This document shows, piece after piece, positions 24,250 through 38,099 of a stretch of DNA of 63,989 nt (positions within the stretch are counted from its first letter, which is position 1; each line of letters starts with the position of its first letter). The notes below the pieces were generated by a model. It ran no database searches, was not told where the DNA came from, and saw nothing but the letters and a program-made list of their open reading frames with translations. The stretch is from contig CM075996.1 in assembly GCA_038087875.1 (NCBI GenBank), positions 2,606,012-2,670,000 of the forward strand, given 5' to 3'. The position numbers were made by a program, and so were the translations under genes. Source of the stretch: Malacoraja senta. Lineage: Eukaryota.

Positions 24250-24657
24250 TACCTCACGCTGCCTCGGCAAGGCCAGCAGCATAATAAAGGACGAATCGCA
24301 CCCCGGACACTCCCTCTTCTCCCCTCTCCCATCGGGCAAGAGGTACAGAAGTGTGAAAATGAACGCACACCTCCAGATTCAGGGACAGTTTCTTCCCAGC
24401 TGTTATCAGGCAACTGAACCATCCTACCACAACCAGAGAGCAGTGCTGAACTACTATCTACCTCTTTGGTGACCCTCGGACTATCCTTGATCGGATTTTG
24501 CTGGCTTTACCTTGCACTAAACGTTATCCCCTTATTCATGTATCTGTACACTGTGGATAGCTCAATTGTAATCATGTATTGTCTTTCCGCTGATTGGTTA
24601 ACACGCAATAAAAGCTTTTCACTGTACCTCGGTATACGTGACAATAAGCTGAACTGA
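24250..24657 (+). mobile_element. Rex1/Babar-type LINE 3' fragment (similar pieces at ~1690-1978, 25590-25720, 26355-26540)
   Basis: HPGHSLFSPLPSGKRYRS...RFRDSFFPAVIRQLN plus a 3' tail ending GTGACAATAA. Confidence 0.7.
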
Positions 24658-25143
24658 TCTGAGCTCCTCCTGCGTACCTATTCTTGCTGAATGATGTTGA
24701 GAGTGATGCTGCCAGGTCGTACACTGCTCCTGTCTAGCAATATGAACCTTAAGCGAGAGCCACTGGAGGTTAACCAGCAATGATAAACTAGATTAATTAC
24801 ACAGGACACAAGGAAATGCAGATGCTGGTTTACCAAAAGGCACAGAGTGCTGGAGTAACTCAGCGGGTCAGGAAAAATGTCACCCAGCAGTCTAATACTT
24901 GACGATAAGTTTACCAATACTCCCAACCCGAAACGACACCTACCCATGTTCTCCCGAGACGTTGCCTGACCCACTGAGCTACTCCAGTACTTGGTGTCTT
25001 CATTTGTAAACCGGCACCTGCAGTTCCTTGTTGCTATACTGATGCTACGGGAGCCCAGCACTGGAATGACTATAATCTTGACAAGCATTAGGGTCATTTA
25101 ATGCTTGGGACATTTTTTTGGACAAAGAGACTACAGATCTTAC

Positions 25144-25219
25144 CGTCAAGGCTTGAACAGCTTCCCATTCTTGTGGGGACTGGATCTTATGTGCCAGAAA
25201 TCTTGTAGCAAGCTGGGGT
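25144..25219 (-). CDS. GGA1: GGA1 exon 3 (PQLATRFLAHKIQSPQEWEAVQALT), VHS
   Basis: CTCCAG| acceptor, |GTAAGA donor, 76 nt. Confidence 0.95.
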
Positions 25220-25723
25220 CTGGAGGAAGAGTGGAGGGAAGCAATAAATTATTTACTGGGATACGCATAATCACCAAAAGCAATGCAGAACATTAAATAC
25301 TGAAGTTTACATTGCTAGAAAATTGTTATCATTTAAGAAATAATCCTACATATATTAAAATAACTTAATAAGAAACAGGCAGGAAAACATTGTACAACCC
25401 AAAGCTTAACTCAAGAACAGCAAATAGTTCTGAACGATTTAGTGTAGAAATCCTTTTCTTCAAAGGGTATTATTTAGCCAGTCAGTAGCAAGTCATAACC
25501 CACTGAAAGGTCCTCACAGTCGGACAGGCCATTATGCAAAGATTTGAGATTATGGAAGAACATTTAGGGAGCAGACCAAGCCGTGGCCAAGAAAGCTAGA
25601 CCAATGCCTCTACTTCCCTAGAAGGCTGAGGAAATTCGGCATGTCCCCAACAACCCTCACCAACTTCTACAGATGTGTCGTAGAAAGCATTTTATTAGGA
25701 TGCATCACAGCGTAGTTTAGGAC

Positions 25724-25862
25724 GGGGTGGGAGATTACAACCTTCACGTGGATCGCCCTGTTTCGACGAATGCAATCAACCTGGCGTGCACAATCAAATA
25801 AGATCATATAGAACAAGTAGTCCTACAACTTTAGGCTGTGCACGCCATACGCAAGAAGAAGA
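25724..25862 (+). mobile_element. Short retroposon with 5' HDV-like ribozyme and (AAG)n tail, copy 3
   Basis: 11-bp TSD TAGTTTAGGAC (25713-25723 / 25863-25873). Confidence 0.85.
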
Positions 25863-25879
25863 TAGTTTAGGACACAGGG

Positions 25880-26355
25880 TCGATTCACGAGGTTAATTCC
25901 CGGGATGGCGGGACTGTCATATGTTGATAGAAGGAGCTGCTGGACTTGTATACTCTGGAATTTAGAAGGATGAGATGGGATCTTATTGAAACATATACGA
26001 TTATTATTTGGACATGCTAGAGGCAGGAAACATGTTCCCAATGTTGGGGGAGTCCAGAACCAGGGGTCACACAGTTTAAGAATAAGGGGTAAGCCAATTA
26101 GAACGGAGATGAGGAAACACTTTTTCACACAGAGAGTGGTGAATCTGTGGAATTCTCTGCCTCAGAGGGCGGTGGAGGCAGGTTCTCTGGATGCTTTCAA
26201 GAGAGAGTGTGATAGAGCTCTTAAAGATAGCGGAGCCCGGGGATATGGCGAGAAGGCAGGAACGGGGTACTGATTGGGGATGATCAGCCTTGATCATATT
26301 GAATGGCGGTGCTGGCTCGAAGGGCCGAATGGCCTACTCCTGCACCTATTGTCTA
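25880..26355 (+). mobile_element. CR1 LINE 3' fragment
   Basis: Same ORF2 end and tail. Confidence 0.85.
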
Positions 26356-26581
26356 ACACCATAAGAAATTGCAGAGAGTTATGGATGTAGCCCAGACCAT
26401 CCCGCAAACAACCTTTCTTCTACTATCTCTCTCTACAGTTCAGGCTGTCGTGGCAAGGCCACCAGCATAATCAAAGACCAGTCTCACCCTGGTCTCCCCT
26501 CAGGCAAGAGGTACAGAAGTTTGAAAACGTACCTCCAGATATTAAAAAAAATTAAATTAATTAATTAAAAATGGTACCTAC

Positions 26582-26666
26582 CCTTCCAATTCCTTGTTCA
26601 GTTGGTCACAGAATGCTGTAATCGAGTCCCAGTCCAGTTCTCGGTTTAAGGGATTTGTAGCTTTAT
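26582..26666 (-). CDS. GGA1: GGA1 exon 2 (NKATNPLNRELDWDSITAFCDQLNKELEG), VHS domain
   Basis: TTGCAG| acceptor, |GTAGGT donor, 85 nt. Confidence 0.95.
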
Positions 26667-27354
26667 CTGCAATGAATGCAACAAAAAAGGTTATTTTAAA
26701 CTTGAGACACAACCCAAGAGACACACGCCAACCATAGTTCTGAAAACAGGAAGGGTAAATTTACCAATTTGCAAAATTATCATTCAATGTTTCACTATTA
26801 CAGAATGCCGTCACACAGGAGGATGAAGAAGGGTCTCGACCCGAAACGTCACCCATTCCTTCTCTCCAGAGATGCTGCCTGTCCCGCTGAGTTAATCCAG
26901 CTTTTTGTGGATCTTCAGTATAAGCCAGCAACTGCAGTTCCTTCCTACACAGAAGGATGATGTTGTTCCATAGGCACAAAGTGCTGGAGTAACTCAGCGG
27001 GTCAGGCAGCATCTCTGGAGAAAAAGGATGGGTGACGTTTCGGGGTTGGGACTCTTCTTCAGACTCTGACTTATAGCACGGCACAGTGGGGCAGCAGGTA
27101 GAGTTGATATCTTACAACGCCAGAGACCCAGGGCCAATCCTGACTTACAGCACGGCACAGAGTAGCAGCTGGTAGAGTCTATGCATTATAATGGCAGAGA
27201 CTCAGGTTTGATCCCGACACAGCACGGCACAGAGATGCTGCCTGACCCGCAGAGTTACTCCAGCACTTTGCATTAGCATCTGCAGTTCCTTTCTACACTG
27301 ATGTTGTTTCATTGTGCCTTTTCTTTCCAGAAGTCACAAATTTGCGCTGAGGCA

Positions 27355-27895
27355 CAAATCTGAGGAAGGACATTATAGCCATAGAGGGAGTGCAGAGAAG
27401 GTTCACCAGACTGATTCCTGGGATGTCAGGACTTTCATATGAAGAAAGACTGGATAGACTTGGCTTATACTCGCTAGAATTTAGGAGATTGAGAGGGGAT
27501 CTTATAGAAACGTACAAAATTCTTATGGGGTTGGACAAACTAGATGCAGGAAGATTGTTCCCGATGTTGGGGAAGTCCAGGACAAGGGGTCACAGCATAA
27601 GGATAAGGGGGAAATCCTTTAAGACCGAGATGAGGAAAAACTTTTTCACACAGAGAGTGGTGAATCTCTGGAACTCTCTGCCACAGAGGGTAGTTGAGGC
27701 CAGTTCATTGGCTATATTTAAGAGGGAGTTAGATGTGGCCCTTGTGGCTAAAGGGATCAGGGGGTATGGAGAGAAGGCAGGTACGGGATACTGAGTTGGA
27801 TGATCAGCCATGATCATATTGAATGGCGGTGCAGGCTCGAAGGGCTGAATGGCCTACTCCTGCACCTATTTTCTATGTATCTATGTATCTATGTA
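27355..27895 (+). mobile_element. CR1 LINE 3' fragment
   Basis: QRRFTRLIPG...WNSLPQR; (CTATGTAT)n tail. Confidence 0.85.
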
Positions 27896-27916
27896 AAATA
27901 TCTTCCTACACTGAAA

Positions 27917-28213
27917 GGGCGGCATGGTAGCGCAGCGGTAGAATTTGCTGCCTTATAGCACCAGATACCCTGGGTTCGATCCTGACTATGGGTGCTGTCT
28001 GTACGGAGTTTGTACATTCTTCCCATGACCTGCATGGGTTTTCCCTGGGTGCTCCGATTTCCTCCCACACTCCCAAAGATGTACAGGTTTGTAGGTTCAT
28101 TAGCTTTGGTAAAGATTGTAAATTGTCCCCAGTGCGTGTAGGATAGGGTTAGTGTCGGCGCGGACTCGGTGGGTCAAAGGGCCTGTTTCTGCGCTGTACC
28201 TCTAATCTAAACT
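27917..28213 (+). mobile_element. HE1-like SINE
   Basis: Full-length head, core and tail. Confidence 0.8.
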
Positions 28214-29539
28214 CTGTTCAAAACTCATTCTTCACAATGACCCGACGTCTGCAGATTAAATCAACCTTTTTGAAGAGGACAGCATCCCACACCAGCCCAA
28301 GACTACCTTTTCCCTACACCTTCACACAATTCCCTGCAGCAACTATCCTTCACCTAGCTGGTTCTCTGAAGGCAATTGCAGCCCAGGTCTCTGTACTTTA
28401 AAAGTCAGCTCAATAATGTTAATTAGATCAGTTGGTCATCATTTTGTAATTAGCTGAATCAATTGGCTCTCTCTGCACACTTACGATTTGTGATAGGTTT
28501 AAGTTTATTGGCCAAGTATATTCACATACAAGGAATATACATTGTATATTCACATACAAGATAAATTGCTTTTCTCCTTGTCAGATGAGCAGCTCTTTCA
28601 GAAGATAGTGCTTGCTGGGATAATGGACCCTATCCCTGGGAGTTTTGAGGACTTTGTAGCTGTTGTTTCCTTCCGTTATTGTGGGGGAAGGGCGGGGTCA
28701 CCTCAATTTGATGCACCAATTATGGTCACAAACTCAGCAGAAATCTAAGTCAAAGTGGAAATTCCTGATATTTAAAGCATTCAGGGGAGGGGCAAAATAT
28801 TCCTGACATTGAAAGCAATCAGGGCAATGCTTTGCCACAGAATCATTACCATTTATCGTGTGTTCTTATCTAGAGAACTGCTATCACTATTAAACTCCAT
28901 TGTGTAGCCCTCCATATATGAAGATGTACTTCATGATACACTGTGACCTCACTGAGTGCAGCCCAAAATGTGTAGGAAGGAACTTCCAATGCTGGTTTAC
29001 ACTGAAGATAGACACAAAGGGCTGGAGTCACTGAGCGAGTCAGACAGCATCTCTGGAGAAAAGGTGTCAGTGATGTTGCAGGACGAGACCCTTCATCTGA
29101 CTCAGAGCTCAGAGCTCAGGGAGGTATGGGAAGGTACAGAACAAAGAGCAGCCCGCATCGATGACTCAGGAAAGGTGGAGCCCACAATGGTCCATTGTTG
29201 GCTGGGGACGAGGTGGCAACAGTGAAATTAGCAAGAGGACTAGGGTGGGGGAGGGACGGGTAGAGAGGGAATGCAAGGGTTAATTGAAGTTGGAGAAATC
29301 AATATTAATACCACTGGATAGTAAGCTGCCCAAAATATGTTCTGGAGTCTGCCACTGGGATCAGCTGCTCACAAGTGCTGCGGTTTGAGGTAATAAAGTG
29401 GCTCTTGTTCCCAACTGTTGTTATGGAGTGGATGGAGAAATTGAGAGATTAACTTCTGATAATCATTCAAGGCAAGGGAACTGGCGCAGGATGGATAGGG
29501 CTCTTATTTTGTTGCTGATCAAATGAACTTCTCACATCG

Positions 29540-30110
29540 AAGGGAGGCATTCCCGTTGTGGCCTCCTGTGCATCGGCGAGACCAAGCGTACACTAGGCAA
29601 CTCTTTCGTGAACACTTGAACACAGAATCTCTCAATTGCTAAAGGGCCTGTCCCACTTGGGCGCCATTTGCGTGTCATTTACGCAACATCATTTACACAC
29701 GCATGGTGCATGGTGACGTAAGCAGTGACACGCGGTCGCGCGCGGCGCCCCAGAATTTTGGGATGTACAAAATCTTCGCGCGCCATCTGTGTGACGCGCA
29801 AATTACACCCAAGTGGGACAGACCCTTTACCATTTAAACTCTTCTGAAGAAGGGTCTCGACCCAAAACGTCACCCATTCCTTCTCTCCAGAGATGCTGCC
29901 TGTCCCGCTGAGTTACTCCAGCTTTTTGTGTCTATCTTCTGTATTAAGCAGCATCTGCATTTCCTTCCTACCCACACTGACCGTACAGTCCTGGGCCTCT
30001 CTCATTACTAGAGTGAGGCCACACGCAAACTGGAGGAACAGCGCCTCATATTCCGCTTGGGTAGCATACAACCAAACGGTATGAACATTGAATTCTCCAA
30101 TTTTCAGGTA
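29540..30110 (+). mobile_element. Penelope-like element (Neptune-type) GIY-YIG endonuclease fragment, interrupted by a MITE and a pLTR
   Basis: CGLLCIGETKRTLG (YIG half-motif) and RKLEEQRLIFRLGSIQPNGMNIEFSNF; similar ends at 22953-23510(+), 56565-56812(-) and 28970-29330(-). Confidence 0.75.
29643..29826. mobile_element. Harbinger-type MITE
   Basis: AGGGCCTGTCCCACTTGGG ... CCCAAGTGGGACAGACCCT; TWA flanks. Confidence 0.75.
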
Positions 30111-30485
30111 ATTAACCAACAAACACTCCACCCCCTTTAACCCCTCTCTTTCCTGCATGTGCAACCATTTCCCCTCCATCTTCTCTTATCTTCTTATCTC
30201 ACCACTTTTTTTTGTGTAGGAAGGAAGTGCCGATGCTGGTTTACACCAAAGATAGACACAAAATGCCGGAGTAACTCAGCGGGACAGGCAGCATCTCTGG
30301 AGAGAAGGAATGCGTGACGTTTCGGGTCGAGGCCCTTCATCAGAATTTTTTCTTTCCATCTCTGGCCTTTGTCCAACCAGCTGCCAATCAAAACCTCCTT
30401 CAAATGTATCCACCTATCACTCGCCAGGCTTTGCCCCACCTCCCACCTCTCTTCCTGTATCCCCTTCCCCCACATCCCCTAGCCC

Positions 30486-31215
30486 AAAGATCCTATAGCA
30501 AGCAAGATAGTCCACTCGACGAAAAAGACGTAGTACGGTCATGGGCAGATTCAGGGGTAATTTTCGGCCCCATTTCCGTAACCGGCTTCCGTCTCCGCAT
30601 CAAAGACCCCATAGCGGAGCAAAGATAACTAGTGCGGAGACGGGAGACGGTTACGGAAACATCCTCGTAAAAATCAAAGTTATTTGGTAAAAATCTTCTC
30701 ATTTTCTTTCTGCCTCTCCGCCTCACAATAGAAACATAGAAAATAGGTGCAGGAGTAGGCCATTCGGCCCTTCGAGCCTGCACCGCCATTCAATATGATC
30801 ATGGCTGATCATCCAACTCGGTATTCTGTACCTGCCTTCTCTCCATACCCCCTGATCCCTTTAGCCACAAGGGCCACAATAAAAAGCTTCCACTGCGTGT
30901 GGGAAGTCTGGCTCGGGCCAGCACGGCTGGGACGCCAGGGTAAAGTTGCGGGGAGGTTTGCAATGTATTTTTAACAGAATTATAATTTATTAACATATTA
31001 ATCATAACAAAAAATAACAGAATTATGAATGGACAGAATTATGAATTATGAATCTAACACTATAATCACACACACACACAAACTGTTCCCCACAACGCTG
31101 ATTACACTGCGAGAGGGATAATCGGGTCGGATTACTGAAATGGCCTCCGGTGTGTACTACACGTCAGCCCATTGGATTTAGCAGGAGTGGACTATCTTAC
31201 TCGCTATAGGATCTT
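30486..31215. mobile_element. Unclassified non-autonomous DNA transposon with ~30-bp TIRs
   Basis: AAGATCCTATAGCAAGCAAGATAGTCCACTC ... GAGTGGACTATCTTACTCGCTATAGGATCTT; AGCCC on both flanks; CR1 tail nested at ~30726-30878. Confidence 0.65.
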
Positions 31216-34200
31216 AGCCCTCTACAATCATGCTGGAGGATCCCGACCCAAAACTTCGCTTAACCCCGTTCTCCAGAGATGCTGCCTGACCCGCTGAGTC
31301 AGTCCAGCACTTTGTGTCTTTTTCTGTAAACCTGCACCTGCAGTTAATTGCATGTACTTTGTATTCAGCCTCCCACATTCACCATCTGGAAGAGCACGTA
31401 AAGCCAACTGAGCAGGGATGAGATGGCTGCCGAGATAAATACGAGTCAGCATGGAGGTGAAAAGGGAGAAAAAGAAAACACACAAAGGTAGACAAAAATG
31501 CTGGAGAAACTCAGCGGGTGAGGCAGCATCTATGGAGAGAAGGAATAGGCGACGTTTCGGGTCGAGACCCTTCTTCAGCGGGTGCTGCCTCACCCGCTGA
31601 GTTTCTCCAGCATTTTTGTCTACCTTCGATTTTTCCAGCATCTGCAGTTCTTTCTTAAACAAAAGAAGACATACCACCATTCACTGCAAATGAAATTTTC
31701 CTTAAATTACACACACTCCCACTCCCAACACAAAAACACCAACCTTTCTGACGTAGCATATTTCATTCCAAATATATATCAGACATCCGCTTGATGGAGA
31801 GAAAATAACTATAGCAACCTGGCACATGGAAATGCTGCAAAGTCTGACAATGCTCAATGTAAATATATTCTCATGGTACAGAAAAGGGATGAGTCATTGC
31901 AAGCTAATGTCAACATTTAAAAGATATTTGGACAGGTACATGGATAGGAAATTTACAGGGATATGGGCCAAGGTAGGATGGGCTTAGATTCTCAGCATAG
32001 ATGAGTTGGGCCAAAAGTTGTCATTCCTTGCTGTATGTCTCTATGGTGCAAAATAGTTGTGCTACACTTAGGCTAGGGAGAGCATTACATTATAAACACG
32101 ATTGTTCAGCCATCATATCTAAAATGAAGGAATTATGTTTCATATCTTAGTATGGTCAATTCTCTCTTCCACTTGAAATATCATAGGTCCATATCACTGC
32201 CAGCACTTAATATAACCTTCCAAACCTGTCAGAGTAACATTCCTACATTGCTACGTGACAACATATCATAACTATCTCAATAGTTGCAAAGCATTTTGAG
32301 AAATCCTGAGATCATGGATGTTATTGATAAATCCAAGGGTTTTTCTTTCTTGTTCTGTGAAGGTGCTGGATTAAAAACTGTATGAAATTCTAACTGTCTG
32401 CATGGATGGACACAAATGTACTTTAGAGACACAACGTGGAAACAGGCCCTTCGGCCCACCGAGTCCATGCCAACCTGTGATCCCCGCACACTAGCACTAA
32501 CCTACACACACTAGGGACAATTTACACAAACACCAAGCCAATTAACCTACAAACCTGTACGTCAATGGAGTGTGGGAGGAAACCGAAAATCTCGGAGAAA
32601 ACCCCACGCAAGGCACGGACAGAATGTACAAACTCCGCACTGACAGCACCCGTAGTCGGGATCGAACCTGTGACCGCGCGGGTTTTCTCCGAGACCAGTT
32701 CCCGCGCGGGCTCGGTGGGCTGAAGGGCCTGTTTCTGCGCTGTATCTCCAGTGAAGAGTCAGCAGTGGGGACTTTCCAGGAGCTCCTGCCACCATTCATT
32801 GATAAGCTGAACCTATGATGGGCGTTTGCCGGCACTGGGCCTGTACTCGCTGGAGTTTAGAAAAACGAGGGGGGGAACTCACTGAAACACACAGAATAGT
32901 GAAAGGCTTGGATAGAGTGGATGTTCCCACTAGTGGGAAGAGTCTGGGACTAGAGGTCAAAAGAAAGTCAATCTATCTCACTGCTACAGGGAAACAAGAG
33001 GAACTGGTTTAGCTTCTTCAGAGACTGGCAGACATTTTTTTACCTTTACACCAGTATGCTGAGCTGTCATTTTAGCATGTGGGTGTAATCAGCTGTGTGG
33101 GGATTTCAAAGGGATTTCCATGCCAATGAGTAGAATACTATTCAGGTTTCTATTTTAAAGACATCACAGAGTTTCTAGCTAACTGGCATGCATTCCTTCA
33201 CCACAATGATCATGAATTGTCAAATTAATTTTGATGGCAGCCCTAATATTTACAAAACTGCCAAGAGGCGTTTCAAATGCACAGCTGTTTGATTGATTCA
33301 AAGATACAGAATAGAAACAGGTCCTTCAGCCCACTGAGTCCACGCCGACCATTGATCACCCGTTAACACTGGTTCTGTGTTATTCCACTACCCTACACTT
33401 GGGCCAATTAAACTACAAACCCGCACATCTGAGGAGAGAGATTGGTGAAACTGGAGGAAATCCTTGCAGTCACATAGAGAATGTGCAAACACTTTGTCAA
33501 TTTGCATCAGATATGTATTCCTAATATACAAAGCAGAAAGAAATATTAACAAAACATCGTCTATCCTGTTTCTCCAGAAATGCTGCCTGGCCCGCTGAGT
33601 TATTCCAGCACTTTGTGTTTATCTTAGGGAACGTTTACAGTTGGGAACGTTCTTGCATAATGTTCACTCAGCTTGCAGAGTTAATGTCTGATTACCTTGC
33701 AGAACTGAGAAGTTATTGTGTTCAGCTTATTTTAGTTTAGAGATACAGCCCACCGAGTCCGCACCGCACATTAACACAACCCTACACACACTGGGGACAA
33801 TTTTTACATTTACACCAAGCCAATTAACTTACAAACCTGTACGTCTTTCGAGTGTGGGAGGAAACCGGAGATCTCGGAGGAAACCCACGGGGTGACCGTA
33901 CAAAGACGTTCCGTACCGTCAGCACCCGTAGTCAGAATCAAACCCGGGTCTCTGGTTCTGCAAGGTAGTAGCTCTACTGCTGCGCCACCGTGCTGCCCAA
34001 ACATTTGTTTGTTGTGTTAACACTTATTGTACGAGAAATATTGTATATTTATTTCTTGCGACGTTGCATTAATGTGCTTTTTAAGCTGCAGCAAGTAAGA
34101 ATGTCACTGCTCCATTCCTGGCGCATCTTGCAATTAAACACTCTTGACTCTAACACAAGGAGAAAATGCAGCTGCTGCAGACATCAAGTGGAAACCTAAT

Positions 34201-35044
34201 CCCTTACCTCTGCAGCCTGTCCTGATGTGCATTTTAATAAAAGATCTATACAATATTTGAACAGTACTTTTCCAAGTCCCGGACCACCCAGAAGAGGGAG
34301 CGAACAAGTTTTCTAAGGGAGACAAAAATGCTGGGGAAACTCAGCGGGTGAGGCAGCATCTATGGAGCGAAGGAAATAGGCAACGTTTCGGGTCGAGACC
34401 CTTGGTCTCGACCCGAAACGTTGCCTATTTCCTTCGCTCCATAGATGCTGCCTCACCTGCTGAGTTTCTCCAGCATTTTTGTCCACCTTCGATTTTCCAG
34501 CATCTGCAGTTCCTTCTTAAACAAGTTTTCCAAGGGAATTACTATTTTTTTTAATTGCCACTGATAATACTAGAATGGCAAAGGCTGTATATTTACTCCA
34601 AATCTATTGCACACATCAGTTTTTAAACATTTGAGAGACACAAGGAATTGCAGATGCTGAAACCTTGAGGTGAACACAAAATGCTAGAATAACTCAGCAG
34701 GTCAGGCAGCATCTGTGGAGGCGACGTTTAGGGTTGGGACCCTTGATGCATAACTTGAAAAATGTTGAAAGCTTTGAAGAATGCTGAAGCATTATGAAAA
34801 TAAATAATTAGAAGGAGCAAAACACAAAGTGCTGTAATTACTCGGCGGGTTAGGCAGCATCTGTGGAGGGAATGGACGGGTGATATTTTGGGTCAAGATC
34901 CTTCAGACATTGTAGTGGGGGGGGGGGGGGGGAGAGAAAGCTTGAAAAGAGGTGGGGTGGGTTTTGATTGGAATTCTGCAGATCCTAGTGTCTCATTCTT
35001 CAGATGGAGTTACACGCCGAGAAATCTTTAATATATTCAATACA

Positions 35045-35556
35045 CAATAGACAATAGGTGCAGGAGCAGGCCATTTGGCCCTTCGAGCCAGCACCGCCAT
35101 TCGATCATCCTCAATCAGTACCCCGTTCCTGCCTTCTCCCCATATCCCCTGACTCCGCTATCTTTAAGAGCCCTATCTAGCTCTCTCTTGAAAGCATCCA
35201 GAGAACCGGCCTCCACCGCCCTCTGAGGCAGAGAATTCCACAGACTCACCACTCTCTGTGAGAAAAAGTGTTTCCTCGTCTCCGTTCTAAATGGCTTATT
35301 CCTTATTCTTAAACTGTGGCCCCTGGTTCTGGACTCCCCCAACATCGGGAACATGTTTCCTGCCTCTAGTGTGTACAAGCCCTAAACAATCTTATATGTT
35401 TCAATGAGATCCCCTCTCATCCTTCTAAACTCCAGAGTATACAAGCCCAGCTGCTCCATTCTCTCAGCATATGACAGTCCTGCCATCCCGGGAATTAACC
35501 TTGTAAACCTACGCTGCACTCCCTCAATAGCAAGAATGTCCTTCCTCAAATTAGGA
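35045..35556 (-). mobile_element. CR1 LINE 3' fragment
   Basis: Reverse-strand copy of the same family. Confidence 0.85.
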
Positions 35557-36979
35557 ATTATAATAAATACTATAATAAATAAGGCTCTTCATTCTTTTTC
35601 ATCTCAAAACATCAAGGAGGTAAGCTTTAGTCACCACAGCTGATCTGTAAACACGCCACAGGGATATAATGGACAGGTTTAGGCCCACAATTCAGAAATC
35701 TTAGAAGTGACACTAAGAGCACAATAAATCTACCTTAAGAAAAAGTTGCATTCTTGGGTAGATCATCCATAACACACAAGTGAGACAAATCGTTGAGCAA
35801 ATAACAATGCTGCACTAACATCATGGGAAAAGTGCTTCGTGGACAAGTCACAGGGAAGCAACTCCAGACATTTCTTGGTCAACACCTGAACGATGGCAGT
35901 GCGTTTTCCCACTGGGAATTGTTAACCGAGTTCTCCTGCCACAGATGCTGCTCAACGGACTGAGTTCTTCCGTCATTTGTTTTTCCAACAGAAAGCGTAC
36001 GCACATCTAAATCTCTACTGCCTGCTCCTGAACTCATCAAGTCCCAGTCACTCATTAACCGGTACCCACTGTCCTATACTGACCATCAGATGACCATGGC
36101 CTCCAATTTAAAAATCACTGTTCAATCGCTGCCACAGTTGCAGGTTCCCTAGCTCCAACTTATTCCAGGCCGACATTGCTGACTGCCTTCACTCCATGAA
36201 AGATGTATCCTCAGCTGACTCTGTCTTAAATTAGTTACTGCCTTACAGCACTTGCAGCGTCAGAGACCCGGGTTCGATCCCGACTACGGGTGCTGTCTGT
36301 ACGGAGTTTATAAGTTCTCCCCGTGACCTACATGAGTTTTCTCCGAGATCTTTGATTTCCTCCCACGCTCCAAAGACGTGCAGGTTTGTCGGTTAATTGG
36401 CTTGGTATAGATGTAAGATTGTCCCTGTGTGTGTAGGATAGTGATAGTGTGCGGGGATTGCTGGTCGGTGCGGACACAGTGGGCCGAAGGGCCTGTTTAG
36501 GCTCTGTATCTCTAAACTAAACCTCTTATATCCAGAAACAACAACTACAGTTGCTGGTTTACCCAGGAAAGACCTCTATATCTAACTAACTTTCCAAAGT
36601 ACCACAGCCCTTGATATACTACACGGATTTTGCCGTGTGCAATGTGAAGTGGGTCTGAATTAGTCTGAAGAAGGGTTTTGGCCCGAAACGTTGCTTGTTT
36701 CCTTCGCTCCATAGATGCTCCAGCATTTCTGTCTACCTTCGATTTTCCAGCATCTGCAGTTCCTTCTTGAACAATGTGAAGTGTAATGTGTCTAGGTACA
36801 TTCCAGTTGGAGAGACACACAAAATGCTGGAGTAACTCAGCAGGACAGGTGACATTTGTACTGATGTCTGAAGAAGGGTCTTGACCCGAAATGCCATCTA
36901 TTCCTTCGCTCCATAGATGCTGCCTCACCCGCTGTTTCTCCAACATTTTTGTCTACCTTCAGTGTGTTATACTTACCCA

Positions 36980-37905
<926 letters not shown>

Positions 37906-38099
37906 TTGTGGGTGAGTGTGTACACACTGGCCAGTTTTAGACAATAGACAATAGGTGCAGGAGTAGGCCATTCGGCCCTTCGAGCCAGCACCGCCATTCA
38001 ATGTGATCATGGCTGATCATCTACAATCAGTACCCCGTTCCTGCCTTCTCCCCATATCCCCCCCCCCCTGACTCCACCAGCCCCCAGAGCTCTGTCTAA

